Below the pieces are notes generated by a model. The model worked only from the letters and a program-made list of their open reading frames with translations, was not told the origin of the DNA and ran no database searches. A DNA stretch of 64,000 nucleotides from the NCBI GenBank assembly GCA_964016885.1, contig OZ024765.1, positions 16,244,001 to 16,308,000 on the forward strand, read 5' to 3'. Position numbers and translations under genes: made by a program. This document shows positions 16,632-29,626 of the stretch, piece by piece. The DNA is from Eledone cirrhosa (lineage: Eukaryota). Position 1 is the first letter of the stretch; every line of letters starts with the position of its first letter.

Positions 16632-18214
16632 GGAAGTGGTTGTGATGGAAGTGGTAGTAGTGGTGGTGGTTGTGATGGAAGTGGTAGTAGTGGTGGTGGT
16701 GGTGGTTGTAGTAGTGGTGGTTGTGGTTGCTGTTGTTGTGGTGATAGTGGTAGCGGTGGTCGCGGTTGTGGTGGTGTTTGTTGTTGGTGGTTGTGGAAGT
16801 GGTAGTAGTGGTGGCGGTGGTGATAGTAGTGGTGGCTCTGGTTGTTGTTATTGTGGTGCTGGTGGTACCGGTGGTTGCAGTTGTGGTGGTAGTGGTGGTG
16901 TTTGTTGTTGGTAGTGGTGGTGGTGGCTGAGATAATTGTTTCTACTTTTGGCACAAGGCCAGCAAAAACCCAGTACATTAGTGGTACTTTATTTTACCGA
17001 CCCCGTAAGGATGAAAGGCAAAGTTAACCTCGGCGTGATTTGAACTCAGACAATAAAGGGGCGCAACTTTATGCTGGAAAGCATGGCGTCCGACTCTCTA
17101 CCGATACTGCCAATCCACCGCCTTTGGCTGTGATAATGATGGTGGTTACAGTAGTGATGTTTGTTGTGGTTGTGATAGAAGTGTGGATAGTGTTTTATTT
17201 GGTTGTGGTTGTGTTGGTGGTGGTGGTGATAGTGGGGATGTTGGTGGTGAAGGTGATAGTGGGGGTGGTGGTGGTGGTGGTAGTGATAATGGTGGTTATG
17301 ATGGTGATGATTGTTGTGGTTGTGATAGAAGCTTGGATAGTGTTTTATTTGGTTGTGGTTGTGTTGGTGGTGGTGGTGATAGTGGGGGTGGTGGTGGTGG
17401 TGATAGTGGGGGTGGTGGTGGTGATAATGGTGGTTATGATGGTGATGATTGTTGTGGTTGTGATAGAAGTGTGGATAGTGTTTTATTTGGTTGTGGTTGT
17501 GGTGGTGGTATTGGTGGTGGTGATAATGGTGGTTATGATGGTGATGATTGTTGTGGTTGTGATGATGGTGATGGTTGTGGTATTATATTTGGTTGTAGTT
17601 AAGTTGATGGTAGTGATGGCGTTGATAGTGGTGGCGCGTGTGGCAATGATGTTTCGTGTTTTAATGGGGGTGTAGGTGGTCTTTTGTTTGGTTGTGATTG
17701 TATTGTGGTGGCGGTGTTGGCGGTAATTAAGATCGTTGCCGTGTTGACGCTGGCACTTGCCATCATGTTAATCTTGATGTTGTCGTTGTCAATGATGGTG
17801 TCGGTGATGATGGTGGTGGTTAGGTTGATTATAGAGGTGACGGAGGCGGTTGCCATCATGTTAATCTTGTTGCTGTGGTTGTCAATGATAGTAGTGGTGG
17901 TGGTGGTGGTGGTTAAGATGGTTATTGTGGTGATAGAGGCAGGTGCCATAATGCTCGTTTTCATGGTGTCTGTGTTAAGATGACGGTGGTGGTGCTATGT
18001 GATGCTGATAGTAGTAGTTACCGTGACTTTAGGGATGTTGGTTGGAGTGTGGTTGGGATGACATGTGTCAATGATGATAGCTAATTATAAAAAAACTAAG
18101 ATGATTTGGCTCAGGACAATGCTAATCTCCAGCCCTAATGGATGAATCCAATCATAGCATCGATTGGATTCTATTGTCTCCAGATTAAATTTTGGATTGG
18201 ATTGGATTGGAATC

Positions 18215-18279
<65 letters not shown>

Positions 18280-19140
18280 AATATTCATTAATCCTGCTGT
18301 TATTATTATTAAAGTGGTTATATTCTTCTCCTTCTTCTTCTTCTTCTTCTTCTTCTTGCTGTTATTGTTGTTGTTGTTATTCTAGTTGTTTTTGTTGTTG
18401 TTGTACTTGATGTTGCATGTGGTGACGTATTTTCACTGTGTTCTTGTGGGTTTAGTTTGTGTTTTTGAGTTTTATAATTTTTTGGTTATTGTAATCCTAT
18501 TGATGCTTTCGTTATTCCGTGGTCGTCGTCGTTGTTGTTGTTGTTGTTGTTGTTGTTGTTCTTCTTCTTCTTCTTCTTCTTCTTTGTGCCTATCTGTTGT
18601 TGTAATTGTTGTTGTTGTTTTTGTTTTTGCCCAGCTGTCGTTGCTGTTGTTGTTGTTGTTGTTGTCGTTGCCGCTGCTTTCGCCGTTGTTGTTGTTGCTC
18701 TTGTTGTTTCGGTTGTTGTTTTTGTTGTTGTCGTCGTTGTTGCCGTTGTTGTTGCTGTCGTTCTTCTTATTGTTGGTGTTGTTGGTGTTATTGTTGGAGT
18801 TGCTGTTGTATTATTGTTGTTGTTGTTGTTGTTCGTTAAGTTGCTGTTGATGCTATTGTTGTTGTTGTTGTTGTGTTTCGAGTTATTCTTGCAGTTGGTG
18901 TTGTTGTTCGTTAAGTTGCTGTTTGATGCTATTGTTGTTGTTGTTGTTGTGTTTCGAGTTATTCTTGCAGTTGGTGTTGTAGTAGTTGTTGTTGTATTGT
19001 TGTTTTTTGTTGTTCGTTAAGTTGCTGTTTGATGTTATTGTTGTTGTTGTTGTTGTGTTTCGAGTTATTCTTGCAGTTGGCGTTGTAGTAGTTGTTGTTC
19101 TTGCTGTTATTGTTTCTGCTGTTATTATTCTTGTAATATT
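16495..19140. repeat. (GGT)/(GTT)/(ATT) trinucleotide low-complexity region with local duplications
   Basis: Direct inspection. Confidence 0.9.
16931..17122 (-). mobile_element. Octopus-type SINE
   Basis: Full reverse copy of the SINE family. Confidence 0.9.
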
Positions 19141-19715
19141 TCCAGTTGTAAATCTAATTCGGATCCCCCTGTGGGATGTGATTTATACCTCTTCGTTATT
19201 GTTATACACTGCTCTTGTTTATTATGTTGTTTGTATGAGTTTTGTGTGTGTTTTTTCTTTTAAAAACTCGTGGTTCTGGTTAAATTGTTTCTATGCTTTT
19301 AATTTTATTTTCATCGTTGTCGTTATCGTCTTTTTCATCTAAATTTACTCCGCATTCTCCTTATTCTCGTTTATTTTCGTTTTTTTTTTTTGGTTTGTTA
19401 GTTTGTTGCTCGTGTTGTTGTTGTTGTTGTTGTTGGTTGTGGTCGTTTTGTTTTCTATGGGCGCAAAGGAGAGCGAGGGAGAAGATTTCGGGATGCCATA
19501 TTTCATGCGGAAACATGTTACACATGACTATAAGGAAGAGAGACAGGGATAGAGAGAGAGAAATAGAAAGACAAGAAAGAGAGAGAGAGAGAAGAGAGAA
19601 AGAGAAGAAAGAGAGCGATAATAGAGAGAGAGGGGGAGTGAGATGGGTAGAAAAGAAGTGAGTCATTACAAGAGTGAACAGTGTGAAGTGAGAGAGAACT
19701 GCACCAGAGTGAGAC

Positions 19716-19789
<74 letters not shown>

Positions 19790-19823
19790 TATAAGATCAA
19801 AAGATGGTTAAAAGAGTTCCAAG

Positions 19824-19894
19824 TATTTTATTATGTGCATTTCAAAAACAAATATCATCATGAGATGATATCTGCGTTTTCATCAGATAAAATA
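19824..19894 (-). ncRNA. Type I hammerhead ribozyme motif
   Basis: Reverse strand: TATTTTAT-CTGATGA-AAACGCAGATATCATC/TCAT/GATGATATTTGTTTTT-GAAA-TGCACA-TA-ATAAAATA. Confidence 0.8.
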
Positions 19895-20014
19895 GTGATT
19901 CATGATATGAAGGTTAAAAAACACTTGTGAATAGTGAAGTTTTAAATCAACATATGATATGATTTAAAACTTCACTATTCACAAATGTTTTTTAACCTTC
20001 ATATCATGTATCCC

Positions 20015-20084
20015 TATTTTATCTGATGAAAACGCAAATATCATCTCATATGATATTTGTTTTTGAAATGTGCATAATAAAATA
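20015..20084 (+). ncRNA. Type I hammerhead ribozyme motif
   Basis: TATTTTAT-CTGATGA-(long stem II)-GAAA-TGTGCA-TA-ATAAAATA; perfect 8-bp stem I. Confidence 0.8.
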
Positions 20085-20465
20085 CTTGGAACTCTTTTAA
20101 CCATCTTTTGATCTTATATTATTTATACTCCAGTCCTAAAAACTGTAGAGTGCTACTTATCCGATATTTGCATTGCTTTATTGTGCTATAATAAAACTCA
20201 CCTCCTACATATATATATATATATAAATGGAATAGAATGAAACGAAATTTCATTTCTCACTCTTAGTACGGCACTTACTTAAATGGCATTAATAAGCTTC
20301 AAACTAGTACATCGTTCCTGTGTCAGTGTTGAACAAAAAGGCGACCTGGTTGCCTAAACAATAAGTTCACCTGAAATATTTAATGTGCAATTATTTACAC
20401 AAAGTGTAATACATATGATAAAAGCATTTCTTCAGGAAATATAACAAGGAATAAAGTTTATCAAT

Positions 20466-21210
20466 TTCAAATAATTGTTTCTCCTTTTGGCACAAAGCCA
20501 GCAATTATACCAGTACATTACTGGTACTTTATTTTATCGACCCCGACCCCGAAAGGATGAAGGGCAAAGTTGACCTCGGCGTGATTTGAATACCAAGAGC
20601 ATAGAGCAGTGACGGATAGCGTAAAGCATTCTATCCGCCGTTCTGACGGTGCTGCCAATTCGCCACCATTCAAATAACTGTTTCTACTTTTGGCACAGAC
20701 CAGCAACTACCCCAGTGTATTACTGCTACTTTGTGCACTGGGATAATTGCTGGCCCTGTGCCGCCATTCAAATAAGTGTTTCTATTTTTGGCACAAGGCC
20801 AGCAATTGTCCCAGTGCGTGACTGGTACTGTATTTTATCGATCCCGTAAGGGTGAAAGGCAAAGTTAACCTCGGCGGGATTTGAACTCAGATCGTAAAGG
20901 CCCGTAACTTCCTGCTGCAAAGCATGGCGTCCAACCCTCTAACGATACTGTCAATCCACCACCCTTCAATGGCCGCTATTCAAATAATGGTTTCTTATAT
21001 AGGCACAAGGCCAGCAATTTTTTTTTGGGGGGGGGGGGGAGGGAGTCGATTAAATCGACGCCAGTGCGTGACTGGTACTTTATGCTATCGACCACGGAAG
21101 GATGAAAGGCAAAGATAACCTCGGCGGGATTTGAACTCAGATCGTAAAGGCCCGTAACCCCATGCTGCAAATCATGGCGTCCAATCCTCTAACGATACTG
21201 CCAATCCACC
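20466..21210 (-). mobile_element. Head-to-tail cluster of Octopus-type SINEs (3 near-full copies plus tail fragments)
   Basis: Copies begin after TTCAAATAA at ~20466, 20669, 20767, 20979. Confidence 0.9.
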
Positions 21211-21319
21211 ATGAATAGATATCATATCAAATATTGGACGTAAGACAAGTATTCCAGGAAGACTACATGATATGGTAGTAACGTGCAAATGTGTTAGGTA
21301 TTTATATACAGAGATGGTG

Positions 21320-21520
21320 ACATGAATCAACCTGTTTTGTTCTCTAAAACATTTTTCTTCATTTCCGCCACTGTTGGTTTACTTAATCTTTCTATTTATT
21401 TTTAGTTTCTCATTCGGTTTTCTGATGAAGGACCAGCGTCCGAAACGTTAACACTCTTTTCTTACTACATCAAGCGTAAAACTAATAATATATTTCTTCA
21501 TTGTACTGTCGTTTGATTTC
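21320..21520 (+). mobile_element. Penelope-like pLTR fragment (family C) with minimal hammerhead at 21419-21453
   Basis: CTGATGA-A-GGAC-CAGC-GTCC-GAAA-CG-TT; homologous to 47720-47930. Confidence 0.7.
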
Positions 21521-21559
21521 ATATATTTGTATTTACATACATGCATATATATATATATT

Positions 21560-21619
<60 letters not shown>

Positions 21620-22104
21620 TAAAGTGGTCCTTCATCAGTGATCTTCCAAGCATCATCGGTATTTCTTCGCTTTGAAGACCATATACCTCCGGTTGGTGCG
21701 AGCAACGGCTAAAGAAAGTCGTCGGGACATGTAAATAAAGGGAACAGCGAGAGTGTAAACAAACAAAGATGGTGAAGCAACGAAAAGTGAGGAAGAGCGA
21801 GTCAAGTCCAAAAATGTCCATGAATATAAGTTCGGTGAAATCGTGAACGAGAGAGAATAATGACCATCAAAGCTGGTTGAAATGTGAGCAAGGAAGGAAT
21901 TTCGCACAGGTCTAACGGGAGGAAGAAGGGGTCTAGTCTGTGAATTCGGTAAACATAAGTTCTGTGAAATCGTAGACGAGAGAGAGAAAAAAAATATATA
22001 TATATAAATATGCAAATATATATATAAAAAAAATATATATAAATATGGAAAAGAATGAAACGAAATTTCACTTCTTACTCTTAGTACGGCTGATACCTAA
22101 ATAT

Positions 22105-22594
22105 AAGTATTTATACGTACATACATATATGTGTACAGACGTACAGCAGTATGTATACATACATGCACACATACATATATGTACGTATGGGTTTACCGAA
22201 CATTTATTATAATGTTCGGTTTGTTTCATTCTTTTCCACTTATCGTTTTCGGTGCGCCCGGCCGACTAACTCACTCGATATGCAAATTAGGCTGCTCAGC
22301 CGTTAATATGCATAAGGAAAGTATATACTTCCAAATGTTCAATCATCTGACAGAAAGGTATACGATGCTGACGATATCTAATAAGCTTGAAACTAGTACA
22401 TCGTTCCTGTGTCAGTGTTGAACAAAAGGGGCGACGATGGTTGCCGAGCACTGTACGGCGTAATTCGGGCTGTTTGTTTACAAACAAACCGAACATTATA
22501 ATAAATGTTCGGTAAACCCATACTTACATATATATGTATATATATACATACTACTGTACGTCTGTACACATATATGTATGTACGTATAATACTT
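22105..22594. mobile_element. MITE-like element with ~115-120-bp inverted repeats
   Basis: 22105-22226 is inverted relative to 22482-22594; each arm holds a CCGAACATT..AATGTTCGG hairpin; the internal part recurs at 20290-20355. Confidence 0.65.
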
Positions 22595-22617
22595 TATATA
22601 TATATACATATATATAT

Positions 22618-22712
22618 AATTCGTATTTGAGTTTGTTATGCGAGATTTGATATCTGAAATCGAGTGTTGAAACAGATGTTGTTATACTTTGGGAGGGTCA
22701 TGTCAATAATAA
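22618..22712 (-). mobile_element. Family A pLTR 3' fragment
   Basis: TGTTGAAACAGAT..CTTTGGGAGGGTCATG is the reverse of 15070-15150. Confidence 0.7.
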
Positions 22713-23499
22713 TGTAAAGAGGTCACATGATAGTCTTACTACTACCACTAGTTCCACCGTTACTACCACCACATACTACTACGACGACCATCACCACCAC
22801 AACCACCACTACTATCGGTATATCAATCATAGATTAAAACTCTGATCTGTTAAAGAAAAACAGTCCACTTTCTTCGACATTCCTCCACCTTAGATTCCTC
22901 GATTACCTCCACACACATTTCTATGGTAGTGGTTGTTGATGTTGTTGTTCTTTTTGCACAGTTGCTGCCGCTGCTGCTACTGCTGTTGTTGTTGTTGTTG
23001 TTGTTGTTGTTCTTCTTCTTCTTCTTGTTTTGTTGTTGTTATTGTTTTTGCCTTGTTGTTGTTGTAGTTGCCGTTGTCCTCGTTGTCGTTGTTGTTGCTG
23101 TCGTTGTTCCACTCGCCCAGTTCTGGTTGTTGTCGTTGTTGTTGCTGCTGGCGTTGTTGTTGTTGTAGTTGCCGTTGTCCTTGTTGTTGCTGTCGTTGTT
23201 CCACTCGCCCAGTTCTGGTTGTTGTCGTTGTTGTTGCTGCTGTCGTTGTTGTTGTTGTTGTTGTCCCGCTTGTCTTGCAATTGTTGTTGCTTTCGTTGTT
23301 TTTCCTGTTGTTAGTGTTATGTTGTTGTCCTATTTTTTACTCTATTTCTATCCCCCCCCCCCCCTTACCCCCACCCACCCTGTCCCCGTCTACTCTACTG
23401 TCCCCTTTATGTCAGCCATTGTGGAAACTATTATTACTCCTTTTTATATTGAATATATATTTTTATTTCGTTTGCCAGTTATTGTTTGTTTGTTCACAT

Positions 23500-23535
<36 letters not shown>

Positions 23536-24125
23536 ATAGTAGTGGTAGTGGTAGTAATAGTAGTAGTAGTAGGAGTAATAGTAGTGGTAGTGGTAGTAAT
23601 AGTATTAGTAGTGGTAGTAGGAGTAATAGTAGTGGTAGTGGTAGTGGTAGTAGTATTAGTAGTAGTAGTGGTGGTAGTAGGAGTAATAGTATTGGTAGTG
23701 GTAGTAGGAGTAATAGTATTAGTAGTGGTAATAGTATTAGTAGTGGTAGTAGTGGTAATAGGAGTAGTAGCGGTAGTAGTAGTAGTGACAGTTGCAGTAG
23801 TAGTGGTAGTAGTAGTAATAGTAGTGGTAGTTGCAGTAGTAGTAATAGTAGTGGTAGTTGCAGTAGTAGTGATAGTAGTAGTAATAGTAGTGGTAGTTGC
23901 AGTAGTAGTAATAGTAGTGGTAGTTGCAGTAGTAGTGATAGTAGTAGTAATAGTAGTGGTAGTTGCAGTAGTAGTAATAGTAGTGGTAGTTGCAGTAGTA
24001 GTGGTAGTAGTAGTAATAGTAGTGGTAGTTGCAGTAGTAGTAATAGTAGTGGTAGTTGCAGTAGTAGTGGTAGTAGTAGTAATAGTAGTGGTAGTTGCAG
24101 TAGTAGTAATAGTAGTGGTAGTTGC

Positions 24126-24163
<38 letters not shown>

Positions 24164-24180
24164 CTGTTGTAGTAGTTGTT
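23500..24180. repeat. (AGT)n-derived minisatellite
   Basis: AGTAGTAGTAATAGTAGTGGTAGTTGC units. Confidence 0.9.
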
Positions 24181-24279
24181 GTTATTGCGGTTCGTTGATT
24201 CCGTTTTATGAGGTTTAGTGTTTTGAGGTTTCTCTTGAGCTGACATGTTGGATCACGCAAATACGCACACATACACACA

Positions 24280-24960
24280 TACACACATGTAAAAATACAC
24301 ACATACACACATACACACATGTAAAAACACACATACACACACATATATACTCATGTAAAAACACACATACACACATGTAAAAAGATACACATACACACAT
24401 GTAAAAATACACACATACACACATGTAAAAACACGCATACACATATACAAACATGTAAAAAGACACACATGTAAAAACACGCATACACACATACATGTAA
24501 AAATACACACATACACACATGTAAAAACACACATACACACATACACACATGTAAAAAGACACACATACACTCCTGTAAAAACACACATACACACATACAC
24601 ACATGTAAAAAGACACACATACACTCCTGTAAAAACACACATACACACATACAAACATTTAAAAAGACACACATACACTCCTGTAAAAACACACATACAC
24701 ACATACAAACATGTAAAAAGACACACATACACTCCTGTAAAAACACACATACACACATACAAACATGTAAAAAGACACACATACACTCCTGTAAAAACAC
24801 ACATACACACATACAAACATTTAAAAAGACACACATACAAACATGTAAAAAGACACACATACACTCATGTAAAAACACACATACACACATACAAACATGT
24901 AAAAAGACATGATACACACGTAAAAACACATACACACATACAAACATGTAAAAATACCTC
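24280..24960. repeat. CA-rich ~54-bp minisatellite
   Basis: CATGTAAAAAGACACACATACACTCCTGTAAAAACACACATACACACATACAAA repeats. Confidence 0.9.
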
Positions 24961-25242
24961 ACATACACTCAATTGAAAACACACATACACACATACACAT
25001 ATGCAAAAACACACGTATTCACACATGCAAGAACGCACACGTACATATACAAAAATACACACATACACACAAGTAAAAACACACGCATACACACTTGCAA
25101 AAACACAGTCATACACATAAAAAACACAGACCTCTAAACATACAAAAACACAAAGGTACAAACACTCATACAAATATACACACATATGTGTGTTCTGTTA
25201 TTAATTCTGGCAATATTATTACAACACTATGCCCCTCCCCAA

Positions 25243-25279
<37 letters not shown>

Positions 25280-25312
25280 TATATATATACACGTATACTT
25301 ATATATACGTGT

Positions 25313-25393
<81 letters not shown>

Positions 25394-25570
25394 TGTATAT
25401 ATATATATATATACACATATATGTATATATATATATATAAATATATACACATATATGTATATATATACACATATATGTATATATATACATATATATATAT
25501 ACATATATATATATACACACACCACACACATATATATATATATACATACATATATATATATATATACACA

Positions 25571-25617
<47 letters not shown>

Positions 25618-25763
25618 CACACACATATATATATATATACATACATATATATACACACATATACACACACCACACACATATATATATATATATATATTCA
25701 TACATATATATACACACATATATACATATATAAATACACACACATATATATATATATACACAC

Positions 25764-25828
<65 letters not shown>

Positions 25829-25876
25829 CATACATACATATATATACATATACATATACACACACACATATATATT

Positions 25877-25925
<49 letters not shown>

Positions 25926-26834
25926 GCGTAAGACCCGGTTAAGTGATGTGTTGTTTGTGTTGTTGGTGTTGTTATTATATTAATTGTAGTTGTTGTCGAC
26001 GCTATTGTATTTCTTTAGTTATTGTTGTTGTTGTTGTTGCTGTAGTTGTTGTGTTGTCGATAGTGTCGTTGTATATTATTTCTTTTCTCTGTTCATTTCC
26101 AAGAGAAATCCTGCAGGCACTGGATTGCCGAATCAGTGGAGCATCCAATAATATATATTGTGTAGCATTGTCTAGTTACAGTTGTTATTGTTATTTTGTT
26201 ATTATTGTTATTGTGGTTGCAGTTGTTCTTGTTATTGTCATTGCGATTGTTGTTGTTGTTGTTGCTGCTGTATTTGTTGTAATTGTTGCTGTAGTTGTTG
26301 TTGTTGTTGTTGTTGTTTATTTGTATTATTGTTATCGTTGTTGTACTTATCGTTATTCTAGTTGTTATTGTCGTTGTTATTGTTATTTTGTTGTTGAGGC
26401 AGTTGTTATTGTTGTTCTTATTATGTCTGTTTTTGTTGTTGTTATTATTGTTGTAGCTGTTTTGTTGTTGTTTTGGTTGTTATTGTTATTATGTCTGTTT
26501 TTGTTGTTGTAGTTGTGGTTGTTTTTGTGGTTGTTGCTGTTGGTATTAGTGTTGTTGTTGTTATTATTGTTGTAGCTGTGCTGTTGTTGTTTTGGTAGTT
26601 ATTGTTATTGCCGGTGTTATTGTTATTTTTATTATTGTTGTTGTTGGGGCAGTTGTTATTGTTGTTGTTATTATGTAGTTTTTTTGTTGTTGTAGTGGTT
26701 TTGTTGTAGTTGTTTTTGTTGTTATTAGTGTTGTTGTTGTTGTTATTATTGTTGTAGCTGTTTTGTTGTTGTTTTGGTTGTTAATGGTGTTGTAGTTGTT
26801 ACAGTTCAAGTCACTGGTAACGGGTAACTGGTAA

Positions 26835-28560
26835 TGGAATGGAACCACGATCAAAGCCGTTCCAGCTGTGACCATCCTGCCTATTTTTTACACACAACAC
26901 AGTATCTAAAACCTCATTATTATTGTATAAAAAATGTGTTGTTATTTATATTTGTTGTTACTGTTATGTTGTTGTTGTTGATATGGTTGTTGTTGTTGTT
27001 GTTGATGTTCTGCCAAAGGTATATTCTAATCGATCGGAACCATGAGCAGTGCCGTTCCAGCTGTGACCAACCCAACTGACTTTCTTTTTCACACACCGAT
27101 GCATCTAAATCTAAAATAATTACTGCGAAGTTAAATTATATAGCTTTTGTTGTTGTTACTGTTGTTCTTACTGTTGTTGTTAGTGTTGTTATGGTTGTTG
27201 TTACTGTTGTTATGGTTGTTGTTACTGTTGTTGTTACTGTTGTTGTTACTGTTGTTGTTGTTACTGCTGTTGTTACTGTTGTTGTTACTGTTGTTGTTAC
27301 TGTTGGTGTTATGGTTGTTGTTACTGTTGTTGTTAGTGTTGTTGTCACCGTTGTTTTTACTGTTGTTATTATTGGTGTTGTTATTGTTTTTACTGGTGTT
27401 ATTATTGGTGTTGTTATTGTTTTTGTTACTGTTGTTACTGATGTTGTTTTACCGTGGTTGTTACTGTTGTTGTTACTGTTGTCGTCACTGCTGTTGTTAC
27501 TGTTGTTGTTGTTGTTGTTGTTGTTACTGTTGTTGTTGTTACTGTTGATGTTACTGTTGTTGTTGTTACTGTTGTTGTGGTTACTGCTGTTGTTACTGTT
27601 GTCGTTACTTCTGTTGTTACTGTTGGTGTTGTTACTGTTGTGTTACTATTGTTGTTGTTACTGTTGTTGTTACTGTTGTTGTTACTGTTGTTGTCACTGT
27701 TGCTGTTGTTACTGTTGTTGTTGTTGTTACTGGTGTTGTTACTGTTGTTACTGTTGTTGTTACTGTTGTTGTTACTGTTGTTGTCACTGTTGCTGTCACT
27801 GTTGTTGTTACTGTTGTTGTCACTGTTGTTGTTACTGTTGTTGTCACTGTTGTTGTCACTGTTGTTGTTACTGTTGTTGTTACTGTTGTTGTTGTTGTGT
27901 CACAGCAATGTCCCAATCCAACGGAGCAGTGATCAGCGACGTTCCAACTGTGACCATCCTATTGTTTTTCACACAGCATTGTATCTCAATCCTGACAGTA
28001 TCGGTAGAATGTTGGACACTATACTTTGCACCACAGAGTCACGGCTCTTTACAGTCTAAGTTCAAATCCCGCCGAGGTTAACGTTGCCTTTCTTCCTTAC
28101 GGGGTCGTTAAAATAAAGTACCAGTAATACACTGGGATAATTGCTGGCCTGTACCATAAGTAGAAACATTTATCAGGAAGCTTGATATTGTTATTATTGT
28201 TCCAGTTGTTGTTGTTGTTGTTGTTGTTGAAATAGTTCTTGTTGTTTCTGTTGTTGTTCTTGTTGATGGTGTTGTGTTAGAGGTTTATTCTAATCCAACG
28301 GAATCATGTTTAATGACGTTCCAGCCGTGACCATCCCATATTTTTTCACTCTGCATTGTAACTAAATTTACAATAATTACTGCGCAGCTTGTTGATGTTG
28401 TTCTTGTCATTACTGTTGTTGTTGTTGTTGTTATTGTTGCAGTTATTGATGTGTTACGTGTGATTCCTAATCAAACGAAACCCAACATCAAAGCCCTTCC
28501 TGGAGGACCCAACCCCTATCGCTTTTCACGCACGATTGCATCTGAAACAACCTTATCCAA
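26835..28560 (+). repeat. Five copies of a ~80-100-bp motif separated by (GTT)n/(GTTACT)n tracts
   Basis: AATC.A.CGGAA..ATG....G.CGTTCCAGCTGTGACCATCC..TTTTTCACAC..GCATCT at ~26838, 27028, 27915, 28290, 28468. Confidence 0.75.
27996..28172 (+). mobile_element. Octopus-type SINE
   Basis: GTTCAAATCCCGCCGAGG..TAAAATAAAGTACCAG..TAGAAAC. Confidence 0.85.
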
Positions 28561-28937
28561 TGGGGTCCTTACTCTGTCCTCTGTCTATGATATTCGTTCA
28601 GACCCTGGTCATTCTTAACCCAACCCCCACCTCCGCCCACACGCACACACACTACAAACCCCGAAATCATAATCAACAGCGTTCCGGTCATGCACACGTG
28701 ACCAAGATTTATTGTATCCTTTACTAGGCATGGCCAAATATCTGGGATTGCTTTATGTAATATTTGGATGAAGCTATGATAGGTTGGTTAAAACCTCAGC
28801 CTCGCATTCTTGAGCGCCCCTCATATTTGATTACTGTCTGTGACATCAAGGGCAGATTTAGACCTCGGCGGACCCAAAGCAGTACAAGTCTGGTAGGCCC
28901 TTCATATAACAAGGTACGCGTGCACACGCACATACAC

Positions 28938-28984
<47 letters not shown>

Positions 28985-28986
<2 letters not shown>

Positions 28987-29261
28987 AAAGTTCTATTTAA
29001 ATTGTTGGGATACAACAAGTAAATATTTTTATAACTGATATAAAGCACTCGACAAGTATTTGGGGTAGATATATGATATTAATAGTGGCCTCCAAAAATA
29101 ATGGTCGCATTTTAAAAGGGTACGTCAAAGCTTATTTGTAAAACTGTTATATATTGTATTTTGTCTGATGAAGGCATACCATAATTTAATTTGGTATCCC
29201 TGAAATATGTATAATGAAATAAATATGGTTTTATAAATATAGTTTCCATTTATTAATATCG

Positions 29262-29262
<1 letters not shown>
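28985..29262 (+). mobile_element. Penelope-like pLTR (family D) with an inverted 3' piece upstream
   Basis: 28985-29085 is the reverse of 45995-46106; 29130-29262 is direct, with a hammerhead. Confidence 0.75.
29157..29221 (+). ncRNA. Type I hammerhead ribozyme motif
   Basis: TATTTTGT-CTGATGA-AGGCATACCA..TGGTATCCCT-GAAA-TATGTA-TA-ATGAAATA. Confidence 0.7.
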
Positions 29263-29287
<25 letters not shown>

Positions 29288-29292
<5 letters not shown>

Positions 29293-29626
29293 AAAAAGAG
29301 ATGAAATCGAAAATGCAACTGAAGTCTTATTTTTTTTTTTTTAAATATATATATTTATTTGGTTCCTTTACCGGTTTCGCAGTTCTTCTGCTTTTCAAAA
29401 GGTGAGTTGAGATGGAGGGTCTGTGGTTTTTCTCACAGACTCTCCATCTCAACTCACCTTTTGAAAAGCAGAAGAACTGCGAAACCGGTAAAGGAACCAA
29501 ATAAATATATATATATTTTTTTTTTAAATAAGACTTCAGTTGCATTTTCGATTTCATCTCTTTTTCTTTATACTTCCACTCGTGTAGGACACCTCGGTTA
29601 TTTTTCATTTTGTAAAAAAACCTCAC

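Larger units (their letters stand above)
19781..20208 (+). mobile_element. Penelope-like pLTR (family B) as a ~170-bp-arm palindrome
   Basis: 19781-19949 is the reverse complement of ~19960-20127; each arm has a full hammerhead; (TA)n on both sides. Confidence 0.8.

Noticed and set aside
26835-28560. CRISPR-like repeat-spacer layout
   Set aside because: Eukaryotic context, degenerate long repeats, microsatellite spacers of uneven length and no cas genes
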